64,000 nucleotides of DNA, from NCBI GenBank assembly GCA_041645215.1, contig JBAZQK010000001.1, positions 54,091 through 118,090 of the forward strand, written 5' to 3'. Below are positions 9,305 to 17,698 of the stretch, piece by piece. Below the pieces are notes generated by a model, which worked only from the letters and a program-made list of their open reading frames with translations, did not search any database and was not told the DNA's origin. The stretch comes from Patescibacteria group bacterium (lineage in GTDB: Bacteria; Patescibacteriota; Patescibacteriia; Veblenbacterales; UBA10138). The position numbers and the translations under genes are program-made. Numbering within the stretch: position 1 is the first letter of the stretch; each line of letters opens with the position of its first letter.

Positions 9305-10699
9305 TTAGGTAATATTAGCGACTTCAGGCGGAGGTAGTAATTTTAATAACCACAAACTCATAACGTATAAAATTATTGCTATGGCGATTTTTATCAGCAG
9401 TGGCAATGGTAATAATAATCCAACTGACATTATCAAGGTAGCAACAATAATTTTTTTCCACCGCGCCGGACTGGGCTTAAGGCCTAAGCGCCACAGCGTG
9501 ACCAAACCGACCAGAGCCATAAACGCTTCCACCGCGACTGTCATCCAAGCCGCGCCCCAGTAAGAATAAAGCGGAATAAAAATCGCGTAGCCCACCAGCC
9601 CCAGCGCCGCCGCCGCGGCATAATAAGGAATCATCCGGCGCTGTTCATCGAGCGCAAAAATTATATAGCCAGTGGCGTTGCCAATAAATATAAACGCCGT
9701 GGCCAAACTAAGAACGGCCAAAATTCGACCGGCCACGACAAAGTCGGCGCCGGCCAGCCACACTATTAAATCAGTGCCGGTTATAATACTGCCGGCGATT
9801 AGGGCCAGCCCCCCGGCCAGCAAAATATCAAACGTACCCTGGTAAATATTAAGCAGTTCGTTTTTATTTTTATTGGCTTGCGCCCGGGCGGCTAAGGGCA
9901 AAATCAATCCGCCGATAATGGCCGGCACCGCCAGCATGACCTCTAGAACTTTGTAAGCCGCGCCGTACACGCCAACTTCGGCCTCGCTCCGCACCCACGA
10001 CAAGATTATCGTATCGGTTTTAAAATAGATTAAATTAAGCGCGATGGTGGCCGCTACCGGCCAAGTGCTTTGCCACAAGTACCGCCAGATTGCCGGATTG
10101 ATTTGCCATTTAAAAGGGATTAGCTGTCGGGCCGCAATTAAGGTTATGGCAGCGGTAATTAAGCTTGATATTGTTAGAATAATAAAATAATAAGTTAAGC
10201 TGGCTTGTTGCGATACGGCCCACCAGGTTCCAGCCAGCAGTATTATTCGCCCCGCTAGTTCGCTTGCCACTAAGCGGCCGGTGGCCAGTTTGCTTTGGAA
10301 AACACCGCTAAAACACTGACTGATGGTGCTGGCAAAAAACGCTAAACTAGTTATGATTATTCCCGCCTTAACCAGCGGGGAATAAGGCAGGAATAAACTT
10401 ATGGCTGGCGCCAGGATAAAGGCGATTATTCCGGTGATTACGCGAAAGCTTAGTAAGTTGCCCAGTAATTCACTGGGTTGGTATTTTTGTCTGCCCAACT
10501 CGCGCGCCACTGTCATGGTTAAACCAAAATCAATCAGAATACCAAAGAACTGTAAAAAAGCCACCACGCTGACGTATTGGCCATAGCCGGCTTGTCCAAG
10601 TTGCCGGGTCATTAAAGCTACAATCGCCAAACCGAAAATTGTGCTGACAATTTTGCCGGATAATTGAATAATCGTATTTCGGCTGATAGCATTAATCAT
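9305..10699 (-). CDS. Wzx-like oligosaccharide flippase
   Basis: RNTIIQLSGKI, LGQAGYGQY, DFGL, KTDTIILS, EVGVYGAAYK; about 13-14 TMs. ATG at 10699 avoids overlap with the upstream gene. Confidence 0.88.
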   Translation of the reverse strand: MINAISRNTIIQLSGKIVSTIFGLAIVALMTRQLGQAGYGQYVSVVAFLQFFGILIDFGLTMTVARELGRQKYQPSELLGNLLSFRVITGIIAFILAPAISLFLPYSPLVKAGIIITSLAFFASTISQCFSGVFQSKLATGRLVASELAGRIILLAGTWWAVSQQASLTYYFIILTISSLITAAITLIAARQLIPFKWQINPAIWRYLWQSTWPVAATIALNLIYFKTDTIILSWVRSEAEVGVYGAAYKVLEVMLAVPAIIGGLILPLAARAQANKNKNELLNIYQGTFDILLAGGLALIAGSIITGTDLIVWLAGADFVVAGRILAVLSLATAFIFIGNATGYIIFALDEQRRMIPYYAAAAALGLVGYAIFIPLYSYWGAAWMTVAVEAFMALVGLVTLWRLGLKPSPARWKKIIVATLIMSVGLLLPLPLLIKIAIAIILYVMSLWLLKLLPPPEVANIT

Positions 10700-10700
10700 A

Positions 10701-11018
10701 CTAGTTGGTTGGCCATTGATAGGTTTTAAGGTTAATAAAATAATTGTTGTCTCGTTTAGTAACTTTAATGCCTTCGCGGCGCAAGAGCAAAGCTTGTTGC
10801 GTTCCACTCAGGCGCGGGTGGATTATGGATATCATACCTTGCTGATTAATGACTCGCTGCCAGGGGACATTGGGCGGACAAAGCCGCAAAGCCCAGCCGA
10901 CTAAGCGCGCGCCTTGCGGTTTACCTAAGATGGCGGCGACTTGTCCGTAAGTGGCCACTTGCCCGCGTGGAATTTGTTTAACTAAATTGTAAACTGCTTT
11001 ATAAAAACTCTCCGCCAT
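10701..11018 (-). CDS. MGMT-family alkyltransferase-like protein (Atl/YbaZ type)
   Basis: IPRGQVATYGQVA, ARLVGWAL; PWQRV in place of the catalytic PCHRV. Confidence 0.9.
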   Translation of the reverse strand: MAESFYKAVYNLVKQIPRGQVATYGQVAAILGKPQGARLVGWALRLCPPNVPWQRVINQQGMISIIHPRLSGTQQALLLRREGIKVTKRDNNYFINLKTYQWPTN

Positions 11019-11157
11019 ATTTAGCAGTATAGCAGTTTTAACCAGGGGTTATCTAAAAAATAAACCCCCTAAGCATATGACTTGTGCCAATGCTTAGGGG
11101 GCCTGAAAAAATAGGCTAGGAGTAACGATTTAAGTCTTAGCTGCAACTGCATGGTTT

Positions 11158-11808
11158 TTAGAGTTGTAACAAATGGCCGAGTTTTTTCTTTTTTGTCACC
11201 AACTCTTGCCTGTTCCATTGCGAGACTGGCATCTCCAAGGGTGCTCGTTCCAGTTTTATGCCACTCTGGCGAAGTAACCTCATTCTTTGAGGATTATTAG
11301 TCATCAACTTTATACTTTTAATGCCAAAGTGATGTAGGACGTCGGCCACATCTTCGTAGTGTGTGCGGTAATCCTCGTTAAAACCCAGAGACGTATAGGC
11401 ATCAACTACCAGCTCATGTTTTCGCCTCTGGCCCTCGGCATATACGATAAAATGATTTCTTAACCCCACAGCCTTACCGTGTTGTTCAAACGCAAATATG
11501 ATTAAACCATTTTTTTCTTCAGCAATACGCCGTTTGGCTTCCTCTAACTGCCAACCGCAATCACAATACTGGGAGCCAAAAAAGTGAGCCCAAATACACA
11601 CTGATTCAACTCTCACCAGTGGTTTTTTGACTTTGGTAGGGTTTCCTTTGGTCAGGACGGCATACTGCCCGCCAGGAAAAGCAAAGTACCAAATCTTAAA
11701 TAGACTCACTTTCCCGTCTGGAAGTTTAAGAGGCAGGTTCACTGGGCCAATTAGTTCAAATCGTCCAAATTGCTGAACAGTAGTAATTACTTGCTTTAAT
11801 TTTTTCAT
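11158..11808 (-). CDS. GTP cyclohydrolase II (RibA)-like protein with divergent active site
   Basis: RVESVC...GSQYCDCGWQL zinc motif and LMTNNP; substrate-binding motifs altered. Confidence 0.8.
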   Translation of the reverse strand: MKKLKQVITTVQQFGRFELIGPVNLPLKLPDGKVSLFKIWYFAFPGGQYAVLTKGNPTKVKKPLVRVESVCIWAHFFGSQYCDCGWQLEEAKRRIAEEKNGLIIFAFEQHGKAVGLRNHFIVYAEGQRRKHELVVDAYTSLGFNEDYRTHYEDVADVLHHFGIKSIKLMTNNPQRMRLLRQSGIKLERAPLEMPVSQWNRQELVTKKKKLGHLLQL

Positions 11809-11960
11809 GATATTTTTCCTTGATTGTTAATGTAAGTAGTAATTGTTTCGATTTTATTACTTCATGTTGAGATAATGTAATAATTACGTCAATATGAATA
11901 TTACTTTACAATTAAAAAAGCCCATATTTATTAACATAAATTCATACAAATTAAAATAGG

Positions 11961-12000
11961 TGTCAATTTTATTGACAATTATTATGATCTAGGATAGGAT
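11961..12000 (+). promoter_or_regulatory. Sigma70-type promoter with overlapping palindromic operator
   Basis: TTGACA (11972)-17 bp-TAGGAT (11995). Palindrome TGTCAA-N5-TTGACA at 11961-11977. Confidence 0.6.
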
Positions 12001-12009
12001 AACTACACT

Positions 12010-12762
12010 ATGTCTATTGACGCCAAAGAACTACAACAATTTGGGCTAACCGAGAAAGAATCCGCACTTTATTTAGCTGCCCTAGAACTTGGCAGTACTT
12101 CCATTAGCGACCTGGCTAGGAAATCACAGCTAAAGAGACCCACTACCTATTTAGTGGTAAACCAGCTTGAAGTTATGGGTCTTTTATCTCAAACAAGGAT
12201 AGGCAAAAGATTTTTTTATTCAGCAGCGCATCCCAGACGGCTAGTTGAAAGAGTTCGCTTTCGTGCCAATCGTGCCGAAGAAATGATGCCCGAGCTGGTC
12301 GCGCTGTGTAACAATTCCTCTAATAAACCGAGGCTTCAAGTCTTTGAAGGGCTAGAAGGTGTGAAGCTACTGTACCAAGAATTATACGAATCGCTGAATA
12401 ATAAACAGGAAGCGCTCTGGTTTGCTAACATAGGTGCCCTGCGTCAGTACGTGCCCGAAGCCATCACTGAATACAAGAAAATTCTCCGTAAAATTAAAAA
12501 TCCCAAAATCAGAGAACTCAACTGCGGCGATAAAGAAGGTAAACATTGGCTTGAAGAAACTAAATCATTTCGAGGGCCACGCCATCAGGTGCGTATATTG
12601 CCGCCTAATTTTGAGTTCGGCAGTACTGATAATCTTATACTGGGCAATAAGCTTGTTATATTTTCTCTAAAAGGAGATGTTTCGGTTATTGTAATTGAGA
12701 ACAAAGAGATCGCCTTAACTTATCGAACACTTTTCGAAGCAGCCTGGAGGTTAGGTAAGTAA
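12010..12762 (+). CDS. TrmB-family transcriptional regulator
   Basis: LQQFGLTEKESALYLAALELG...KRPTTY HTH, FEGLEGVK linker, and FEAAW terminus typical of CPR TrmB-like proteins. Confidence 0.88.
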   Translation: MSIDAKELQQFGLTEKESALYLAALELGSTSISDLARKSQLKRPTTYLVVNQLEVMGLLSQTRIGKRFFYSAAHPRRLVERVRFRANRAEEMMPELVALCNNSSNKPRLQVFEGLEGVKLLYQELYESLNNKQEALWFANIGALRQYVPEAITEYKKILRKIKNPKIRELNCGDKEGKHWLEETKSFRGPRHQVRILPPNFEFGSTDNLILGNKLVIFSLKGDVSVIVIENKEIALTYRTLFEAAWRLGK

Positions 12763-12848
12763 GTCTAAGCATACTATCTAAAGTGAGGCGCAGCTACGAC
12801 GAGATCTGGCGAAGCCATGACGGGATCCCGCCAGTTTTCTCCTACATT

Positions 12849-13323
12849 TGGAGCGGGTAGCCCCAGTAGAATGTGCTTCGCACCTCTACGGGGCGCGGCG
12901 GGAGTCCCGCAGTATAGGCTTTGCCTAACTACGGGATAAATCGAACCCGCGTGATGAGTTTGTCCCGCAGCGACGAGATGAACGAAGTGAATCCGTCCGG
13001 CTGCGAGGATCCCGTTGCGTTACACCGCACAGAGCGGGTAGGGGGAGTCGAACCCCCCTCATCGGCTTGGAAAGCCGAGGTAATACCGCTATACGATACC
13101 CGCTCTGTGAGGACAACATATGGCGTGGTCCTCGAAAAATAAAGTCGCTGACACTCCAATTTTTCGGGAGAAAACTCACATAATGACCGTTACCCGCCTG
13201 CCCCGCTAAGCGGGGCCTGCCTAAGCTATATCCCCATGAAGTGATCTCATTAAATAAATACAAGTTGAACGTAGACGGTTTGTTAATTGTCCGAGGCGAG
13301 CGGCGGGCAGGTACGATACCCGC
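12849..13323 (-). pseudogene. Outer tRNA-Gly(TCC) gene split into five pieces by four inserts (pseudogene or spliced gene)
   Basis: Pieces 13323-13312, 13192-13170, 12962-12940, 12903-12899 and 12860-12849 join into a 75-nt cloverleaf ending CCA. Confidence 0.85.
13033..13103 (-). tRNA. tRNA-Gly(TCC)
   Basis: GCGGGTA/TACCCGC acceptor, TCGGC-TT-TCC-AA-GCCGA, GGTTCGACTCC, U discriminator. No encoded CCA. Confidence 0.95.
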
Positions 13324-13611
13324 TCCAAATGTAGGATTTATGATTATAGGTGCGGGAGAAAACACCTAGAATTTAATTTATACGACATCCGCTTCGTGCG
13401 TATGAATAGCGGGATCCTAGAAAATTAGAGTCGTTGCGCTCCTTAATTCTTGGGAGAAAACCGACACCAGTCCGCCAAGGCCTGTGTCATATTAATCGCT
13501 CTTGATAATTGGATTAATAAAATTTTAATTGATTTGCCAATTGTGCAAGACTGATAGTGGTCGGGTATGATACCACACTTAATAATAACAAATAAACTAC
13601 AGTGGAGTCAT

Positions 13612-14157
13612 TTAATTGTTCGTGGCTTCAGGTTTTGCCACAAGGCTGTCCGTTTGGGTTTTTTGGGATTGCTCCCTTAATTGTTTAACCTGAGTAAGAA
13701 TCTGCGTTAGTTGTTGTTCCAAACTGTCGTAGGTTAAATTACCAACGGATGCAGGCTGGAGATTGGCGCGGTTGGCCAGACTGTCAGACAGCTCTTCCAC
13801 ATCTTCGGAAATTTCTCCCATGTCCTCTGATATTTCCTCTACATCCTCGGAAATCTCTTCAACTTCTTCTGTTAGTTCGTCAACATCCTCGGTAACTTCT
13901 TCAATATCCTCGGCCACGTCTTTTAGGGTGCGGGTTTGTTGGTTAACACTGTATTGAATGAAAATAGAAAGATAAATCGCTTCCAAAGATACAGCGGTAG
14001 TTAGAATCAACAGAACTTTTTCAGTGCTGACACCAAATCCAACCAAGGCCAAGCAGGCTATAAATAGCATAGTGTGGATTATGATTGATGATTTGGAGCC
14101 AATCCAAGTGGTAGCTTGACTGGTTCTTTGGTCAAATTTGGAGGGAGATACCGACAT
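13612..14157 (-). CDS. DUF1003-like membrane protein with acidic heptad coiled coil
   Basis: WIGS, LTTAVSLEAIYLSIFIQ, then (V/I)EE(I/V)(S/T)ED heptads repeated about 7 times. Confidence 0.75.
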   Translation of the reverse strand: MSVSPSKFDQRTSQATTWIGSKSSIIIHTMLFIACLALVGFGVSTEKVLLILTTAVSLEAIYLSIFIQYSVNQQTRTLKDVAEDIEEVTEDVDELTEEVEEISEDVEEISEDMGEISEDVEELSDSLANRANLQPASVGNLTYDSLEQQLTQILTQVKQLREQSQKTQTDSLVAKPEATNN

Positions 14158-14231
14158 AGAATACCTTTAGTGAATAATCAGTATTTATTACCAGCGTGCC
14201 GCGTTGAGCGTGACTGTGACCACGTTGAGCG

Positions 14232-14306
14232 TGGTGCCTGGGGCCAGAATCGAACTGGCGACGCCAGCCTCTTCAGGGCTGCGCTCTACCACTGAGCTAC
14301 CCAGGC
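14232..14306 (-). tRNA. tRNA-Phe(GAA)
   Basis: GCCTGGG acceptor, CAGCC-CT-GAA-GA-GGCTG, GTTCGATTC, encoded CCA. Confidence 0.95.
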
Positions 14307-14376
14307 GTGGTGGTATTTTACCTTAGTGCGTTTTGGCGGGGCAAGCTGAGCCACCGCGTCACGCTGATAATAAATT

Positions 14377-14733
14377 TTAAAGATTGGCAATTATAAAACC
14401 ACTTAATACCAGCAAGAATCCTATTAAAACGTTACCTTCCGGTATGGTTTGAAAGACTAATCTGGCTAAAATGATTTCAGTGATCATTAGGGCTGTCCAG
14501 CTGGTTAAGGTTACAAGCCAAATGTTATTAAAGATTTTGATACCGTAGAGGTATCCACTGATAATTATAAAACCGCCAATTAATGTGGCCCAAAAATACC
14601 AACCCGAAGGTTTTAATATTAACCAAAGACTATTACCACCGGCACTGGCTTTGGCTCCAAATATCTGGGCCACAATCATGAGTGATTCGCCTGCTGCTAT
14701 TATAAGCAAGGTTAATATTTTTTGCCACAACAT
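14377..14733 (-). CDS. Small 4-TM membrane protein (SMR/DMT-like)
   Basis: 118 aa, four hydrophobic segments, Glu in TM1 (AAGES). Confidence 0.6.
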   Translation of the reverse strand: MLWQKILTLLIIAAGESLMIVAQIFGAKASAGGNSLWLILKPSGWYFWATLIGGFIIISGYLYGIKIFNNIWLVTLTSWTALMITEIILARLVFQTIPEGNVLIGFLLVLSGFIIANL

Positions 14734-14931
14734 AGGTTTGGTGTCGCGCCCGAGCTACGACTATAACCACGCTTAGCGTGGTGGGTATTGGGAGTTGTCG
14801 TCCCTACGGGAGATCACCCGCCATTCGGCCTCAAGCTCATGGCCGGGAGGCAGGGTGAAACCTACGACCTGTCTGCTGTCCAGCGGGACGCGCTATTCTT
14901 AAACTGACTTTTAAAGAAATAAAACTTAGGT

Positions 14932-15008
14932 TGGTCGGGGTGGTGGGATTTGAACCCACGATCTCGTGCTCCCAAAGCACGCGCGTTAAACCACTACGCT
15001 ACACCCCG
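14932..15008 (-). tRNA. tRNA-Pro(TGG)
   Basis: CGGGGTG acceptor, CGTGC-TT-TGG-GA-GCACG, GGTTCAAATCC, CCA. Confidence 0.95.
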
Positions 15009-15055
15009 ATAAGTGTATTACAGTGAGTTGTTTATTTTACGCTGTAAAGTGTAAT

Positions 15056-15137
15056 GGGACCTGTCCGATGTACATCGGACCGCGCTAGCCTCAACCAAAG
15101 GCTGATCCGCCTCTGGCGGAAACTGCGCCAATCCCCG
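15056..15137 (-). pseudogene. 5' two-thirds of a tRNA-Pro with a D-loop insert and a palindromic anticodon arm
   Basis: CGGGGATTGGCGCAGTT, 30-nt insert (15091-15120), GGCTAGCGCG-GTCCGATGTACATCGGAC-AGGTCCC. Confidence 0.7.
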
Positions 15138-15161
15138 ATGAATGTATTACATTGTTAATTT

Positions 15162-15234
15162 TGGGTCCGGCGAGACTCGAACTCGCAACCAACTGCTTAA
15201 GAGGCAGCTGCTCTACCACTTGAGCTACGGACCC
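15162..15234 (-). tRNA. tRNA-Lys(CTT)
   Basis: GGGTCCG/CGGACCC acceptor, GCTGC-CT-CTT-AA-GCAGT, GTTCGAGTC. No encoded CCA. Confidence 0.95.
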
Positions 15235-15269
15235 ATGGATGAAACACCTTATGTTAAGTATCGCTTAAT

Positions 15270-15324
15270 AACCTGTAACCAATCCTCCTTGGGAGGACTG
15301 CTCTACCACTTGAGCTACGGACCC
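15270..15324 (-). pseudogene. Partial tRNA-Lys duplicate with replaced anticodon arm
   Basis: First 27 nt identical to tRNA-Lys, then TCCTCCCAAGGAGGA, then TTGGTTACAGGTT. Confidence 0.75.
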
Positions 15325-15403
15325 ATGATTGGCTTGTAGCATATAGCTTATAGTAAATAGCGTGAGGGGTCTCTCACTATTAGCTATGTGCCATTAGCTA
15401 ATT

Positions 15404-15457
15404 TGCCCCGGAGGGATTCGAACCCCCAATAATCCCGCCGTGGCGGGACCGTGATAT
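15404..15457 (-). pseudogene. Partial tRNA-Arg(TCG) duplicate with replaced anticodon arm
   Basis: Plus strand tgccccggagggattcgaacccccaata-atcccgccgtggcgggac-cgtgatatc, versus the intact gene with gctggtccgaagccagc in the middle. Confidence 0.8.
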
Positions 15458-15547
15458 CATAGTCTGCCATAGTCTTTGACCTGAACCAGAGCATAGCACG
15501 GTTCAGGCCTACCATGAACCGTGTTACTTTAGAGCAATTCTGGTTCA

Positions 15548-15622
15548 TGGTGCCCCCGGAGGGATTCGAACCCCCAATAGCTGGTCCGAAGCCAGCCGTG
15601 ATATCCATTTCACTACGAGGGC
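15548..15622 (-). tRNA. tRNA-Arg(TCG)
   Basis: GCCCTCG acceptor, GCTGG-CT-TCG-GA-CCAGC, GGTTCGAATCC, CCA. Confidence 0.95.
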
Positions 15623-15752
15623 GTAAAAAAATATAGTCGGGTTAATAATCGTGCAGCATTATAAGCGTAAAGCACAGATCACGATAACACAGGATCTATG
15701 AATATTCAAGTTTAGGTTGATTAATATTTTTTAATCAGCATCAGCTGATAAT

Positions 15753-16790
15753 TTAGCGTAAGCTATCAATTGAGATAACGTGAGCTTCCGCCGTGGCTTG
15801 GGTGATTATATCCTGTTTTAATAAATCCCGAATACTGTGGTCCATGGTTATCATGCCTTGGGCGGCGCTGGTTTGAATGACAGATTTTATTTGTGGCGTT
15901 TTATTTTCGCGAATTAAATTGGCGATCGCTGAGTTATTCGTTAGGATTTCTCGCGCGGCCACTCGTCCGCCGCCGACCTTAGGCAGCAGACGTTGAGAAA
16001 TAATGGCGCGTAAACTTGAAGATAATTGCGATCGAATTTGGTTTTGCTGGTGGGGCGGGAATACATCAACGATGCGGTCAAGGGTTTCAGCCGCATTGTT
16101 GGTGTGTAAAGTGGCAAATACTAAATGTCCGGTTTCGGCCAGCGTGATGGTAGCGGCGATAGTTTCAATATCGCGCATTTCTCCAACCATAATCACGTTC
16201 GGATCCTGCCGCAAAATATGCTTTAGTCCTTCATTAAAAGACAACATATCAGTACCAAGTTGGCGCTGTTTGATAATACTTTTAACCGGGGTAAAAACAA
16301 ATTCAATCGGGTCTTCTAAAGTAATTATATTTACCGCCCGTTCATTATTGATTTGTTCAATAATAGCAGCCAAGGTAGTTGATTTGCCGCAGCCGGTGGG
16401 ACCTGTTACCAACACTAAACCGTAATCAAGACGTGTCAGGTTGTAAACCACCGCTGGCATGGTTAGATCTTCCAGGGCCGGAATTTTAGTAGGAATAACA
16501 CGTGCCACCAGGCCAGGATTGTCTTTTTCAAAATGCAGGTTAATACGGAAGCGGGTGCCGTCTTTAATTTGGAATGAAGTATCAAGCTCGCGTTCAGTTT
16601 CAAATTTCTGTTTTAGTTTTGGCGCCAACATAGCATTGAGCAGTTCAGACAGGTTTTTGCCGGTTAGAATAGGATAATCAAGCTCTTTTAATATACCATC
16701 CACTCTAACAATCGGTGGTTTGTTAACCACCATATGCAAGTCAGAGGCTTTTAAACTAGCAGCCTCGCTAAGCAGAGATTCAATAGTCAT
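15753..16790 (-). CDS. pilT: Type IV pilus retraction ATPase PilT family
   Basis: ASDLH, GPTGCGKSTTLA, TLEDPIE, LRQDPNVIMVGEMRD, ETGHLVFATLH, AIISQRL. Confidence 0.92.
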   Translation of the reverse strand: MTIESLLSEAASLKASDLHMVVNKPPIVRVDGILKELDYPILTGKNLSELLNAMLAPKLKQKFETERELDTSFQIKDGTRFRINLHFEKDNPGLVARVIPTKIPALEDLTMPAVVYNLTRLDYGLVLVTGPTGCGKSTTLAAIIEQINNERAVNIITLEDPIEFVFTPVKSIIKQRQLGTDMLSFNEGLKHILRQDPNVIMVGEMRDIETIAATITLAETGHLVFATLHTNNAAETLDRIVDVFPPHQQNQIRSQLSSSLRAIISQRLLPKVGGGRVAAREILTNNSAIANLIRENKTPQIKSVIQTSAAQGMITMDHSIRDLLKQDIITQATAEAHVISIDSLR

Positions 16791-16813
16791 ATGTTTAATC
16801 GATTAGTTAATTG

Positions 16814-17129
16814 TAGGACTTTCGCGTTTGAGCCAAGTTCGAGGCAAAACCGAGCATTTGAGCAAGCCGTAGTAAACCCCGTTACACCCCGTCCTGAAGG
16901 ACCGGGCATTTTTGGGGAAGATTTTTAATTTCCCATTCACCCCGTTAGAAGTCTCCACCGGCGGTGGAGTATCCCGACAGCCATTGGGATTACTTCTAAC
17001 GGGGCATTCTGGGTGTAACGGGGTTTACTACGGTGAGCGAAAAGCCGAGGTTTTAACGAAGAAATTGGCCAAAGCCGCTTGCGGGGTCGGGCTGCGCCCG
17101 CCCCTAAAGCGGCAAGCGCGTAAGTCCTA
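16814..17129. mobile_element. Three-level nested MITE/palindrome stack
   Basis: Outer IR taggactttcgcg / cgcgtaagtccta; middle IR ccgtagtaaaccccgttacaccc (16867-17033); inner IR ccccgttagaagt (16940-17004). Confidence 0.8.
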
Positions 17130-17241
17130 AATTGTTTAAAAAATGAAATTCTCAACCGCAGCCCCGCCTTGGCGGAGCGAGGTATTTTGGCGAAGGAAGA
17201 TAACCGACCAATCAATTATAGCTAAAAAAGCAGGTTTTAGG

Positions 17242-17607
17242 CTATTGGTTAAAATAAAGTTCCTCAATACCCTGTTTTATAAGTTCCACTGGCGGCGCCA
17301 GGAATGTTTGTTTATTAAAACGGTAGGGTCGGCCATAACCCAAGCCCCGTTTGCCAGTGCGGCGACTATGGCGGTCGATGTCCACTCCGTTAATATGGAT
17401 AGTGGGCGAGGCAAAAAAATTATATAACTCGGCCTGTTCCATAGTATCTATACAAATAAGTTTTGGTTCGTCTTTGATTCCTAGCGTCTTAAGGCTTTTA
17501 ACAAGGTTAGCTGCCGTTTCCTGCCACCAGCGGCAGTCACGGGTATATAAAAGCTCAATCCCTCCATTGGGGGCAGGCCCGGTGACAAAGTTGTAGTTAC
17601 TGTTCAT
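17242..17607 (-). CDS. Thioredoxin-fold protein (DUF2703-like)
   Basis: IELLYTRDCRWW, FFASPTIHINGVDI. Confidence 0.6.
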   Translation of the reverse strand: MNSNYNFVTGPAPNGGIELLYTRDCRWWQETAANLVKSLKTLGIKDEPKLICIDTMEQAELYNFFASPTIHINGVDIDRHSRRTGKRGLGYGRPYRFNKQTFLAPPVELIKQGIEELYFNQ

Positions 17608-17698
17608 ATTTTATTTTCCTTCGTTCCGCTAAGCGGGGCTTCGTCATAATACCCTCCCGATTCCGCCAGCCGGCGGACATCGGCCCAGGAGCTTCATA

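Noticed and set aside
12963-13169. Group I intron in the tRNA-Gly anticodon
   Set aside because: The 5' exon would end in C rather than U and the insert ends in A rather than G. A third of it is a tRNA gene and no catalytic core was recognisable.
12921-13365. ORFs overlapping tRNA and palindrome clusters (also 3044, 8992, 15142, 15384, 16912, 16937, 23488, 23555, 24532)
   Set aside because: They are translations of tRNA or GC palindromes (for example PACRQAG) with no protein-family features.
13770-13920. 21-nt periodic repeat as CRISPR or VNTR
   Set aside because: It is a degenerate coding heptad repeat with no spacers. No CRISPR array or cas gene was seen in the window.
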